Shown here piece after piece: positions 23,211 to 29,968 of a stretch of 32,945 nt of DNA. The notes under the pieces were generated by a model. The model ran no database searches and was not told the DNA's origin. It saw only the letters and a program-made list of their open reading frames with translations. This DNA is from a virus. The stretch covers positions 1 to 32,945 of the IMG/VR virus record IMGVR_UViG_3300045988_123769; one strand, 5' to 3'. How positions within the stretch are numbered: the stretch's first letter is position 1; every line of letters begins with the position of its first letter. The position numbers and the translations under genes are program-made.

Positions 23211-23651
23211 TTACGCCCCCTTATACGGGCATTCGCCCTCTGTGTTCCCGACTACGCCGCACCGTATCAACGCCCTGCGGCGGCCGCATTTGCGCACCTC
23301 CTTGCCCTCCAATTCGCAAAAGGGGCAAGGGTTTGAAAAGTCGTCTATCACCAGTGATTCAAAATCCTCACGCGGGCAGATATAAAATTCTTTGTCTATC
23401 CGCGCTGAGGTCTTAGGTACGGCGATAATCTCATAAAATCCCGCTTGACGCTGCAAGGCTTCTATCTGCTCCGCGTCCCGCCCCTGTAAAAGGTGCTGCG
23501 ATATCGTGGTGGCTGCGCCCATCATCAGCTTCGCCGCGTCCTCGTCCTCTTGGTGTAGCCGTCCGGTCTTGACCAGCACGTCACCAAAGCCAATCACAGA
23601 CGCAAGGGTGATGATAAGCTCCTTTAAGTCCTTGTTGATGTATGCTCCCAT
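23211..23651 (-). CDS. Hypothetical protein with C-terminal Cys cluster (CPFC...C...C...C)
   Basis: 146 aa. It is preceded by a 29-nt remnant of the VRR-NUC 3' junction, which supplies its SD. Confidence 0.55.
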   Translation of the reverse strand: MGAYINKDLKELIITLASVIGFGDVLVKTGRLHQEDEDAAKLMMGAATTISQHLLQGRDAEQIEALQRQAGFYEIIAVPKTSARIDKEFYICPREDFESLVIDDFSNPCPFCELEGKEVRKCGRRRALIRCGVVGNTEGECPYKGA

Positions 23652-23680
23652 AGATACTCCTTTATCGTCCTGATTGCTTC
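23652..23680. repeat. Third, 29-nt copy of the VRR-NUC 3'-end junction (AGATACTCCTTTATCGTCCTGATTGCTTC)
   Basis: One mismatch to 22590-22618. Confidence 0.8.
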
Positions 23681-23685
23681 GCCCA

Positions 23686-24276
23686 TCAGTATTTCACGGC
23701 CTCTCCGCGCGTGATGAAAAAATGTATACCCGCGGTGCATTCGTCCCAACGGTTTTCGTCAAAGTCTGGGGCCTCTGCGATTTCGCCGACACGGTAAACA
23801 AATTCTTTACTAAAATCGCTTGTGATTTCGGTTAAGCCGCTATCAGATCCATCTGAGTAGGTTATGCTCAGCACCTTCGCCTTGCTGCACCGGCATTTAC
23901 GCGATGTAGCGCTGCTACGTTTTGCATTTGCGCATATTTCTAACTCGACAATATAGCCGGAAGCCTTTTTATACCCGATAAACGACCCCGTCTCAGGGCA
24001 CTGTAATGGATAAAAGGCCGTGCGCGCATTCCACGCAATTTTATCGATATTTTTGGCATCGCGCAGGTTGGCACCGCTCAGGTTGGCACCGCTCAGGTCG
24101 GCATCGCTCAGGTCGGCACCGCGCAGGTTGGCACCGCGCAGGTCGGCATCGCTCAGGTCGGCACCGCGCAGGTCGGCACCGCGCAGGTCGGCACATTCCC
24201 CGCCATCCTCACCTCTTAGCCATTTTGCGTGCTTATAGATGATCGCCTTTAATTCCGTATAGGATATTTTTTTCAT
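23686..24276 (-). CDS. Pentapeptide-repeat protein with a phage-type C-terminal domain
   Basis: About 11 consecutive A(D/N)L(R/S)GA pentapeptides ([23 protein letters not shown]...). The C-terminal domain ends [17 protein letters not shown]. Start moved to MKKISYTEL (ATGA overlap). Confidence 0.8.
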   Translation of the reverse strand: MKKISYTELKAIIYKHAKWLRGEDGGECADLRGADLRGADLSDADLRGANLRGADLSDADLSGANLSGANLRDAKNIDKIAWNARTAFYPLQCPETGSFIGYKKASGYIVELEICANAKRSSATSRKCRCSKAKVLSITYSDGSDSGLTEITSDFSKEFVYRVGEIAEAPDFDENRWDECTAGIHFFITRGEAVKY

Positions 24277-24436
24277 TGCAGATACTCCTTTATCACTTTT
24301 ATCGCTTCCTCTGCGCCCCTGCAAACAACGGCCTTATAGCCTTGCTCCGCAAGCGCGGTTATCCAGCTTTTTTGCGTCTCGCTCACCGTGCCGCCCTTTT
24401 GCCGTTTTAGTTCGATGTACAGGCCATGATATTCGC
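24271..24436. repeat. 166-bp direct repeat, copy B (partner 22581-22746)
   Basis: As for copy A. Confidence 0.9.
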
Positions 24437-24653
24437 CACGCGCTACGGGCAAGCACATATCCGGCACGCCTGACTTAACGCCCTGTGCCTTTAACGCGAT
24501 TGCGGTCTTAATTGCCCGCTTGCCGCCGTTGGGGATGGCGTACAGAAGTCCCAGCTCAGGGCGGGCGGCGGTCTCCATTGCCGCCCATTGAAAGATTATC
24601 CGCTGCTCTGCGTCCTCCAAGGGCACGGTTGGCGGGGTGTATGTGCGCTTCAT
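24273..24653 (-). CDS. VRR-NUC domain nuclease
   Basis: The pattern [36 protein letters not shown] matches the PD-(D/E)xK VRR-NUC core. Confidence 0.8.
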   Translation of the reverse strand: MKRTYTPPTVPLEDAEQRIIFQWAAMETAARPELGLLYAIPNGGKRAIKTAIALKAQGVKSGVPDMCLPVARGEYHGLYIELKRQKGGTVSETQKSWITALAEQGYKAVVCRGAEEAIKVIKEYLQ

Positions 24654-24853
24654 TTTCTCCCTCCCCGTGCCTCAGCGGGTGCGTGTGCATCCGCCTGATA
24701 TATCGGCATTGTCTTGCCATCTATCCGCATACGGACAAGCCCTCCGCACTGGCATGCCGAGCGGTATGCCCTGTATAGGTCTTGGCGGCTGGTAGCGGTG
24801 TATAGCACGTGGACAATGCCGCAGTTTATCTCGATTAGCTCGTATGTGTGCAT
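24650..24853 (-). CDS. Hypothetical protein (67 aa)
   Basis: Start moved to MHTYELIEINCG (GGGAGGTG SD). Confidence 0.5.
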   Translation of the reverse strand: MHTYELIEINCGIVHVLYTATSRQDLYRAYRSACQCGGLVRMRIDGKTMPIYQADAHAPAEARGGRK

Positions 24854-24854
24854 C

Positions 24855-25493
24855 TTATTCACCTCCCAGCAAGTCAGTCCCCACGCTGTCAAGCTCTGCC
24901 GCACTGTATGCACGGCTACTGCACAAATCCCGCTGGCGGTTAGGGCGCGATGTGGCGGATTGCTTGCGCTCGGCATCCCGCTTTTCCCACGTCCGCACGG
25001 CCGCCTTCCAGTCCTTCATAGGTGCATTCCCCACTTTCCAGCCTTTAGCGGCATAAAAGTCCACAAACGCTTGTGCGTCTACGTGATTGCCGCGCTCCAC
25101 GCAGTATGCGCATACCTCGTCCGCTGTGGGTTTGACAAAGCGTTTTTCTGGGGGGCGCTCCCCCTTAGGGGGGATATCTCCGTTAGGAGATAGGGGGATA
25201 ATATTATTTTCTTTGTCTTTGTCTTTTAGGGTTTCGTTCGGTTTTTCTGGGTTATTTTGGGTTTTTGGTCGTCCTCCCTTTTTCCCGTTGATGGTGTTTT
25301 TCTCGGCTTCCGCCCTCGTACGGTCGATATTCAACTTTGCCGTGGGCCATAGTAACCGCTCGCCCCCGCGTAAGTCTGGCAGTTCTCCGGTGCTGGCATA
25401 GCGCAGCATCGCCGTGAAAAGCCTGCCCTTCTCAGCGTCGCCGAGCATCTCTATGGCTTCTTCAAAGTCTGTATAGACTTTAAGATACTTCAT
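24855..25493 (-). CDS. Replication-organiser-like protein (DUF6291-like N-terminus, DnaD-C-like C-terminus)
   Basis: The N-terminus has GDAEKGRLFTAMLRY. The C-terminus has PTADEVCAYCVERGNHVDAQAFVDFYAAKGWKVGNAPMKDWKAAVRTWEKR, a pattern common in Firmicutes phage replication proteins. Start moved to MKYLKVY. Confidence 0.55.
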   Translation of the reverse strand: MKYLKVYTDFEEAIEMLGDAEKGRLFTAMLRYASTGELPDLRGGERLLWPTAKLNIDRTRAEAEKNTINGKKGGRPKTQNNPEKPNETLKDKDKENNIIPLSPNGDIPPKGERPPEKRFVKPTADEVCAYCVERGNHVDAQAFVDFYAAKGWKVGNAPMKDWKAAVRTWEKRDAERKQSATSRPNRQRDLCSSRAYSAAELDSVGTDLLGGE

Positions 25494-25707
25494 AGCCTTG
25501 CTTCTCCTTTTTCGTTGGGGCGGCATCTCAGCTCCGCCCCGGCGCTGTTTTTATCTTCAAGCGACCAGACCATAATCTATATAGATTAAATTTGCTAACG
25601 TGCGGTCACTTAAAAGCTTTTGTCCGCCGCGGCTTGTGTAAACGGCATTGATGTGATATAATATCAATGCGGTCATTAAGACTGCGGCTTTATCTGGCTC
25701 ACCGTTG

Positions 25708-25836
25708 TTAACTCCCTCGGTGGGCTTTCTTTTTGCCCTTCGCCGCCTCCTTGCGGCAGATGTTAAAGGCGATTATCAGCATGATAGCCTCGCCCGCGAG
25801 CATGTACACCCATAATGCAACGTACCAAACATTCAT
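25708..25836 (-). CDS. Small membrane protein (42 aa)
   Basis: I translated it as MNVWYVALWVYMLAGEAIMLIIAFNICRKEAAKGKKKAHRGS. AAAGGTGGA SD, ATGA overlap with the upstream small ORF. Confidence 0.45.
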   Translation of the reverse strand: MNVWYVALWVYMLAGEAIMLIIAFNICRKEAAKGKKKAHRGS

Positions 25837-25967
25837 CTTTTTTTCCACCTTTCTGCGTCTATATGTGCCGACCGCACCCAGTACGCTTCTTTCTGCCCGC
25901 GTAGCTTGTCCTTCCTTCTGTCCGCCACGGCGTGGGCGATAAATTCAGCCCTTGTCAGCTTCGCCAT
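25833..25967 (-). CDS. Small basic protein (44 aa)
   Basis: I translated it as MAKLTRAEFIAHAVADRRKDKLRGQKEAYWVRSAHIDAERWKKR. AGGGAGG SD. Confidence 0.45.
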   Translation of the reverse strand: MAKLTRAEFIAHAVADRRKDKLRGQKEAYWVRSAHIDAERWKKR

Positions 25968-25970
25968 AGC

Positions 25971-26270
25971 TTACCTCCCTATAATGGCAAAATCGGGGTA
26001 TTTCTGCTTGCGCGTCTTACCCGTCTCTGCCATGTGCGCCATACTGCGCACCATCACCAGCGGCTTCTCTCCGCCTGTGCCTGTCAGCCGCCCATCGGCC
26101 AGCATCCGCCGCACGGTGACGGGGCTGACATTCAGCAGTTCAGCGGCCTGTGTGGTGGGGACGTACTCTCCGTGCGCCCGCACCATGCGATCTTCTACCG
26201 CCGCGGCATCGTTTATACGCTCGTCCACGGCTTGCTGTATCATCTCCCGCAGTATCTTTTCAAAATCCAC
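25971..26270 (-). CDS. Excisionase/MerR-type HTH DNA-binding protein
   Basis: TTQAAELLNVSPVTVRRMLADGRL matches the HTH_17/Xis-type motif. Confidence 0.55.
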   Translation of the reverse strand: MDFEKILREMIQQAVDERINDAAAVEDRMVRAHGEYVPTTQAAELLNVSPVTVRRMLADGRLTGTGGEKPLVMVRSMAHMAETGKTRKQKYPDFAIIGR

Positions 26271-26643
26271 TGCCCTCGCCCTCCCATTGTAGCTCTGTGA
26301 TCTTTACTCCACGGTATATGGTCGCTGCCCGCTTCCACTTCTCGCCCACCGGCTCTTGCTCTTCCTCCCACTTCTCCCCAGTGATGCGCTCAAAGGCTTT
26401 CCTGCCCGATAGGAGCTGAATGTGCTGCCCGTGCTCTCGATCCATGATACCGTGGTCATAGTCGAGGGTCGCGCAGGGTATAATCCCGCACTCCCTCAGC
26501 AGCCCATCAGCTACGCGCATGGCGAATATAGCTTTCACTATCATCCGGCACGCCCTATCAAGCTTCTCCCTGTCGCTCTCGCGCTCGCAGTCGCAGCGCT
26601 CCCCGCTGTCAAGGTTCGCGCCGCAATTTTCACATTTCCTCAT
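26260..26643 (-). CDS. Hypothetical protein with N-terminal zinc ribbon (CENCGANLDSGERCDC)
   Basis: 127 aa with a GGAGGAAAAAGGA SD region. Confidence 0.55.
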   Translation of the reverse strand: MRKCENCGANLDSGERCDCERESDREKLDRACRMIVKAIFAMRVADGLLRECGIIPCATLDYDHGIMDREHGQHIQLLSGRKAFERITGEKWEEEQEPVGEKWKRAATIYRGVKITELQWEGEGSGF

Positions 26644-26701
26644 TTCCTTTTTCCTCCTTCTTTCTCGCTCTGGATGTGACCCGACTATTATTCAGGTCAC
26701 C

Positions 26702-26917
26702 TTATGCCCCTTTCTTTTCTTCGGCAGCCATAAAAAGCGTGTCCTTGTCAATGTCCGGGAAAAAGCGGCTCTGTATCAGGCATACTTCGTCCCATTTGAA
26801 ATCGCGCTTACCCGCAAGCTTCAAGCCCAGGGATTTGGGGGATATGCCCAGCGCATCAGCGATGATAGTTTGTCTCATACCCCTTTCGACGATTTTGCCC
26901 TTAAGATAGCTGTACAT
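26702..26917 (-). CDS. Cro-like small HTH regulator
   Basis: 71 aa. HTH segment MRQTIIADALGISPKSLGLKLAGKR. It is divergent from the cI-like gene and sits behind a consensus promoter. Confidence 0.7.
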   Translation of the reverse strand: MYSYLKGKIVERGMRQTIIADALGISPKSLGLKLAGKRDFKWDEVCLIQSRFFPDIDKDTLFMAAEEKKGA

Positions 26918-26969
26918 CTATGTACCTCCTTTGGTCTTGTCAAATACCATCATTGGTCTTTATGCTGCC

Positions 26970-26998
26970 ATTATAATACCATCATAGGCACTTGTCAA
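26970..26998 (-). promoter_or_regulatory. Early lytic promoter: TTGACA, 17 nt, TATAAT
   Basis: The minus strand reads TTGACAagtgcctatgatggtatTATAAT (-35 at 26993-26998, -10 at 26970-26975). Confidence 0.75.
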
Positions 26999-27041
26999 TA
27001 ACTTTTTTTAATTTTATGTTCCGTTCGTGGAACTTTTATTC

Positions 27042-27070
27042 TTGATTTGGTATAAGATGTGGTGTATAAT
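27042..27070 (+). promoter_or_regulatory. Repressor-side promoter: TTGATT, 17 nt, (TG)TATAAT
   Basis: -35 at 27042-27047 and -10 at 27065-27070, with an upstream TG (extended -10). Confidence 0.65.
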
Positions 27071-27101
27071 ATCAGTAGATAAAGCAAAGGGGAGTGATGA
27101 A

Positions 27102-27431
27102 ATGCCGACAAAATTTGGGCGGTTTGCCGAGCTGCGCAAAGCACTTGGGATGGACTTAGAGCAGCTTGCCGCTGCGTCGGGTGTGCCGCTTAGCACGCTG
27201 CGCAAAATCAGCAGCGGCGCTACCACAAACCCGAACCTTGAGACAATGAAAGCGATTGCGCGGGCGCTGGGATGTACGCTGGACGATTTAACAGATGCAG
27301 CGCCCTCGCAAATGGAAGCCGAAAAAGCCGAGATACTTAATCTTTACGATTGTCTTGATGAACAGGGGCGGGCTGCGCTTGCGTCATATGCGAAATTTTT
27401 AGCAGCTCAGCGTAACAACGGAGAAGGCTAA
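27102..27431 (+). CDS. cI-like XRE-family repressor
   Basis: Start moved to MPTKFGRFAELRKALG (AAAGGGGAG SD). HTH segment LEQLAAASGVPLSTLRKISSG. The C-terminal LYDCLDEQGRAALASYAKFL motif is common in Firmicutes phage repressors. Confidence 0.75.
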   Translation: MPTKFGRFAELRKALGMDLEQLAAASGVPLSTLRKISSGATTNPNLETMKAIARALGCTLDDLTDAAPSQMEAEKAEILNLYDCLDEQGRAALASYAKFLAAQRNNGEG

Positions 27432-27693
27432 CGCCTTCTTCGCCCAAGCGGTCAACGGTGTGGGAAAATTCTGTGCGCGTCATTGTCTTATCCTCCGTGA
27501 AAAAATTGTTAAGATATGATACCATATCACAGACACCATACATCATATAATCTATGGTGGGTGGAGGGGGCGGTGGAGAAGCAAGGTAAGGTCGCGCCGC
27601 CCCCGGGTGCGCCCCTATGCGCATATCAAGCGTACCGCATATCGGGAGCAATTTATAGGGCTAAAAATGAGCCTTTCGACAAAATATTGGTAA

Positions 27694-27738
27694 AAAAATG
27701 AGCCTTTTGGGTATCAAAAATGAGCCTTTTGGGTATCA
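27694..27738. repeat. Tandem 22/23-nt repeat AAAAATGAGCCTTTTGGGTATCA x2 (partial third copy at 27663-27676)
   Basis: Read directly from the sequence. Each copy contains ATGAGCCTTT. Confidence 0.85.
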
Positions 27739-27770
27739 GAAATAGAAAACAGAAGAAAGAGGGCGAAAAT

Positions 27771-28205
27771 GTGGACACAATCACCGAATGTAACCAAAAG
27801 TATGCCGATGCTTTTGCAAGGCTGCGGGAAAAACACGGCGTGACGATTCAGGACGTAGCGCGAAGAAGTAAAATCCCGCTATCCACGCTCAAACGCACTT
27901 TGCAGGGCGAAACAGGTACGCCGATGGCGACGTATGAAATACTTGTTACCCAAGGCTTAGGCGCGACAATGCATGAATTTGCGGACGAGATTTACGGGGC
28001 CGTGCCGCAGGAGGCCGAAGCACCTACACAGAGGTACACCAACGCAGTCAGGCTGCTGCTTGCGGAAAAGGACAGGCGTATACAGCAGCTTGGCAAATGG
28101 CTTCGGTGGGCGGTGGTGTACAGCGTAAGCGTAACCGGGATATTGATAGGGGGTTTTTTATACGATGTGCTTAACCCCGCCGTGGGATGGCTCAGGCGGC
28201 CATAA
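27771..28205 (+). CDS. Membrane-anchored XRE-type HTH protein
   Basis: HTH segment VTIQDVARRSKIPLSTLKRTLQGE plus a C-terminal TM segment WAVVYSVSVTGILIGGFLYDVL. The GTG at 27771 follows an AAGAGGG SD. The track's ATG at 27720 lies inside the tandem repeat and has no SD. Confidence 0.6.
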   Translation: MDTITECNQKYADAFARLREKHGVTIQDVARRSKIPLSTLKRTLQGETGTPMATYEILVTQGLGATMHEFADEIYGAVPQEAEAPTQRYTNAVRLLLAEKDRRIQQLGKWLRWAVVYSVSVTGILIGGFLYDVLNPAVGWLRRP

Positions 28206-28210
28206 AAATT

Positions 28211-28233
28211 CCGTGCGGCTGCAATCCGCACGG
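28211..28233 (+). other. Stem-loop CCGTGCGG-ctgcaat-CCGCACGG between the HTH-TM gene and int
   Basis: Perfect 8-bp inverted repeat. No U-tract follows. Confidence 0.4.
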
Positions 28234-28311
28234 TACAAAGGAAAGGGAGCGAGATATAGCCGAACTACGCTCGCCCCTATTATATCATAAAATCACAAAG
28301 GGGGCAATGAA

Positions 28312-29454
28312 ATGGCGAAGCAAAAAGATGGGCGCTACCGTGCAAAAATAACTGTAGGCACGGACGCAAGCGGGAAAAGCATAGTCAAGTATGTATCAGG
28401 GCGCACCAAAAAAGAATTGGAAGCGGCTAAGGCGGCGGCGCGGGAAAAGTACGTCACGGGAGCAAACGCAGTGCCGGAGGGAATACTTTTTGACCGATAC
28501 GCGCTGACATGGTATGAGGTGTATAAGCAGCCGCATATAGGCGTATCCGCGCAAATGTCATACCGCACGGCACTATATAAGCACATCTTCCCCGCGTTGG
28601 CGGGGCGGCGGCTGACGGCAATTACCACGGAGGATTTACAGCGGCTGCTGAACGCCAAGGCCGACACGTGCGCGGCCATAATAGGCAACATATCTACAAT
28701 CCTGCGCGGGGTATTTCAGCGGGCGTATAGTCAGGGGCTTATCCCGCGTGACATCACTGTCGGGCTTACAATTCCGTCCAAGCCAAAGGAGACGCGCAGG
28801 GCATTGACGGACGCGGAGACGGATGCGGTTCTGCGCCTGATGGACGAGGACGGCACGCTAATGCTTGCGCTGCTATATTACACAGGTATGCGCTACGGCG
28901 AGGCTTGCGGCCTGCAATGGCGGCACGTTGACTTCAAGGCGGGGACAATCCGCGTTGAGCAGCAAGCGGCCGGCAAGACGGGTGAGATAGATGCACCCAA
29001 AACTGATAAGTCTGTGCGGACAATCCCCATGCCGCGCGATCTGGCGGACAAGCTGCGCCCCGTGCGCGGGCTGCCGCAGTCGTATGTAGTACCGTCGTCC
29101 ACAGGGTCATATCACCGCAATGCGACGCGATACCGCCTATGGGACGACTTAATGGCGCGGCTATATGATATCGCGCCGGAGATTGACGCGATTGAAAAGG
29201 GCGGGCGGATGATATCGGTCATAACCCCGCATTACCTTCGGCACAATTACGCCAGTGTACTATATAACGCGGGCGTGGACGTGCTTTCGGCGCAGAGGTA
29301 TTTAGGCCACACCAATGCAAAAATTACGCTTGAAATATATTCACACCTTTCGGCGCAGAAGGAAAAATACAGCGCAGAACAGTTACAGGGCGCATTTGAA
29401 AAAAGTTGCCGGAAAGTTGCCAGCCCCAAAGCGCACGGCAACGGCGGCAATTAA
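28312..29454 (+). CDS. int: Tyrosine recombinase (phage integrase)
   Basis: YTGMRYGEACGL (Arg), ITPHYLRHNYAS (HxxR) and LGHTNAKITLEIYSH (His and the catalytic Tyr). Confidence 0.9.
   Translation: MAKQKDGRYRAKITVGTDASGKSIVKYVSGRTKKELEAAKAAAREKYVTGANAVPEGILFDRYALTWYEVYKQPHIGVSAQMSYRTALYKHIFPALAGRRLTAITTEDLQRLLNAKADTCAAIIGNISTILRGVFQRAYSQGLIPRDITVGLTIPSKPKETRRALTDAETDAVLRLMDEDGTLMLALLYYTGMRYGEACGLQWRHVDFKAGTIRVEQQAAGKTGEIDAPKTDKSVRTIPMPRDLADKLRPVRGLPQSYVVPSSTGSYHRNATRYRLWDDLMARLYDIAPEIDAIEKGGRMISVITPHYLRHNYASVLYNAGVDVLSAQRYLGHTNAKITLEIYSHLSAQKEKYSAEQLQGAFEKSCRKVASPKAHGNGGN
29405..29421. repeat. GTTGCCGGAAAGTTGCC, copy 1 (inside the int 3' end)
   Basis: Exact 17-nt match to 29624-29640. Each copy is itself a dimer of AGTTGCC. 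Confidence 0.85.
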
Positions 29455-29478
29455 AAAATGCCTAAATCACTAAGAAAA

Positions 29479-29510
29479 AGCACCCATTTTTATGAGTGCT
29501 TTTCTTCTTT
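29479..29510 (+). terminator. Intrinsic terminator after int
   Basis: AGCACCCAT-tttt-ATGAGTGCT (one mismatch), followed by TTTCTTCTTT. Confidence 0.65.
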
Positions 29511-29623
29511 GGTATCCGGCAGCTACTTGGATTTTTTGCCCACCAAAGTACGTCATTGTCGCACAAAACGCCCGCAATTGGGCATTTTTGAAAACACGCG
29601 CCGCCGCAAACAAACAATAAAAG

Positions 29624-29640
29624 GTTGCCGGAAAGTTGCC
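29624..29640. repeat. GTTGCCGGAAAGTTGCC, copy 2
   Basis: Exact match to 29405-29421. Confidence 0.85.
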
Positions 29641-29659
29641 GGGGCATGGTGTAAATAGA

Positions 29660-29968
29660 TTACGCCTTATACATATCCTGATATCTTTTTACACGTTCCG
29701 TTTTGTCTATCTGTTTGCTGTGTAAATAGTTATACAGTGTCAGCATATCTGCGGGCGGGTCGCCATGCTTGGCCTTGTAGTCCGATATGGCGCGGGCTAC
29801 AAGGTCGTGCAGCATGGATGCGTGGGTCAGCTCCTGCCCCGATATGGTGTACAGGGTCTGCGCCACGGTCGGCATATCGTCCTTGACCGCAAGCGCCCAC
29901 TTAGCATACTTTTCAGCGTCCGCGATTTCTTCGCAAATCTGGTCGGATAAATCGTTAATCAGCTTCAT
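29660..29968 (-). CDS. Helical protein with a ferritin-like half motif (E...ExxH), function unknown
   Basis: 102 aa. INDLSDQICEEIADAEKYAKWA...GQELTHASMLHDL. A GGAGG SD is embedded in the upstream gene. Confidence 0.6.
   Translation of the reverse strand: MKLINDLSDQICEEIADAEKYAKWALAVKDDMPTVAQTLYTISGQELTHASMLHDLVARAISDYKAKHGDPPADMLTLYNYLHSKQIDKTERVKRYQDMYKA

Noticed and set aside
24006-24242. A 15-bp periodic repeat array (GCACCGCGCAGGTCG-like units) and the plus-strand ORFs full of [15 protein letters not shown] repeats. I briefly considered a CRISPR-like or minisatellite array.
   Set aside because: The period is 15 bp with no unique spacers. It is in frame with the minus-strand pentapeptide-repeat gene (A(D/N)LRG units). 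The plus-strand ORFs are antisense shadows of that gene.
27337-27651. The full 104-aa minus-strand ORF in the repressor-downstream spacer.
   Set aside because: Its N-terminal two thirds (PPPPPPTIDYMMYG...) have no SD and look like non-coding sequence. Only the distal 48 codons, which follow a strong SD, were kept as a low-confidence observation.
29455-29660. A tRNA or tmRNA fragment at the attachment region.
   Set aside because: No cloverleaf-compatible arms, T-loop (GTTCGAATC-like) or CCA-adjacent acceptor stem is visible. Only the AGTTGCC repeats and a terminator are present.
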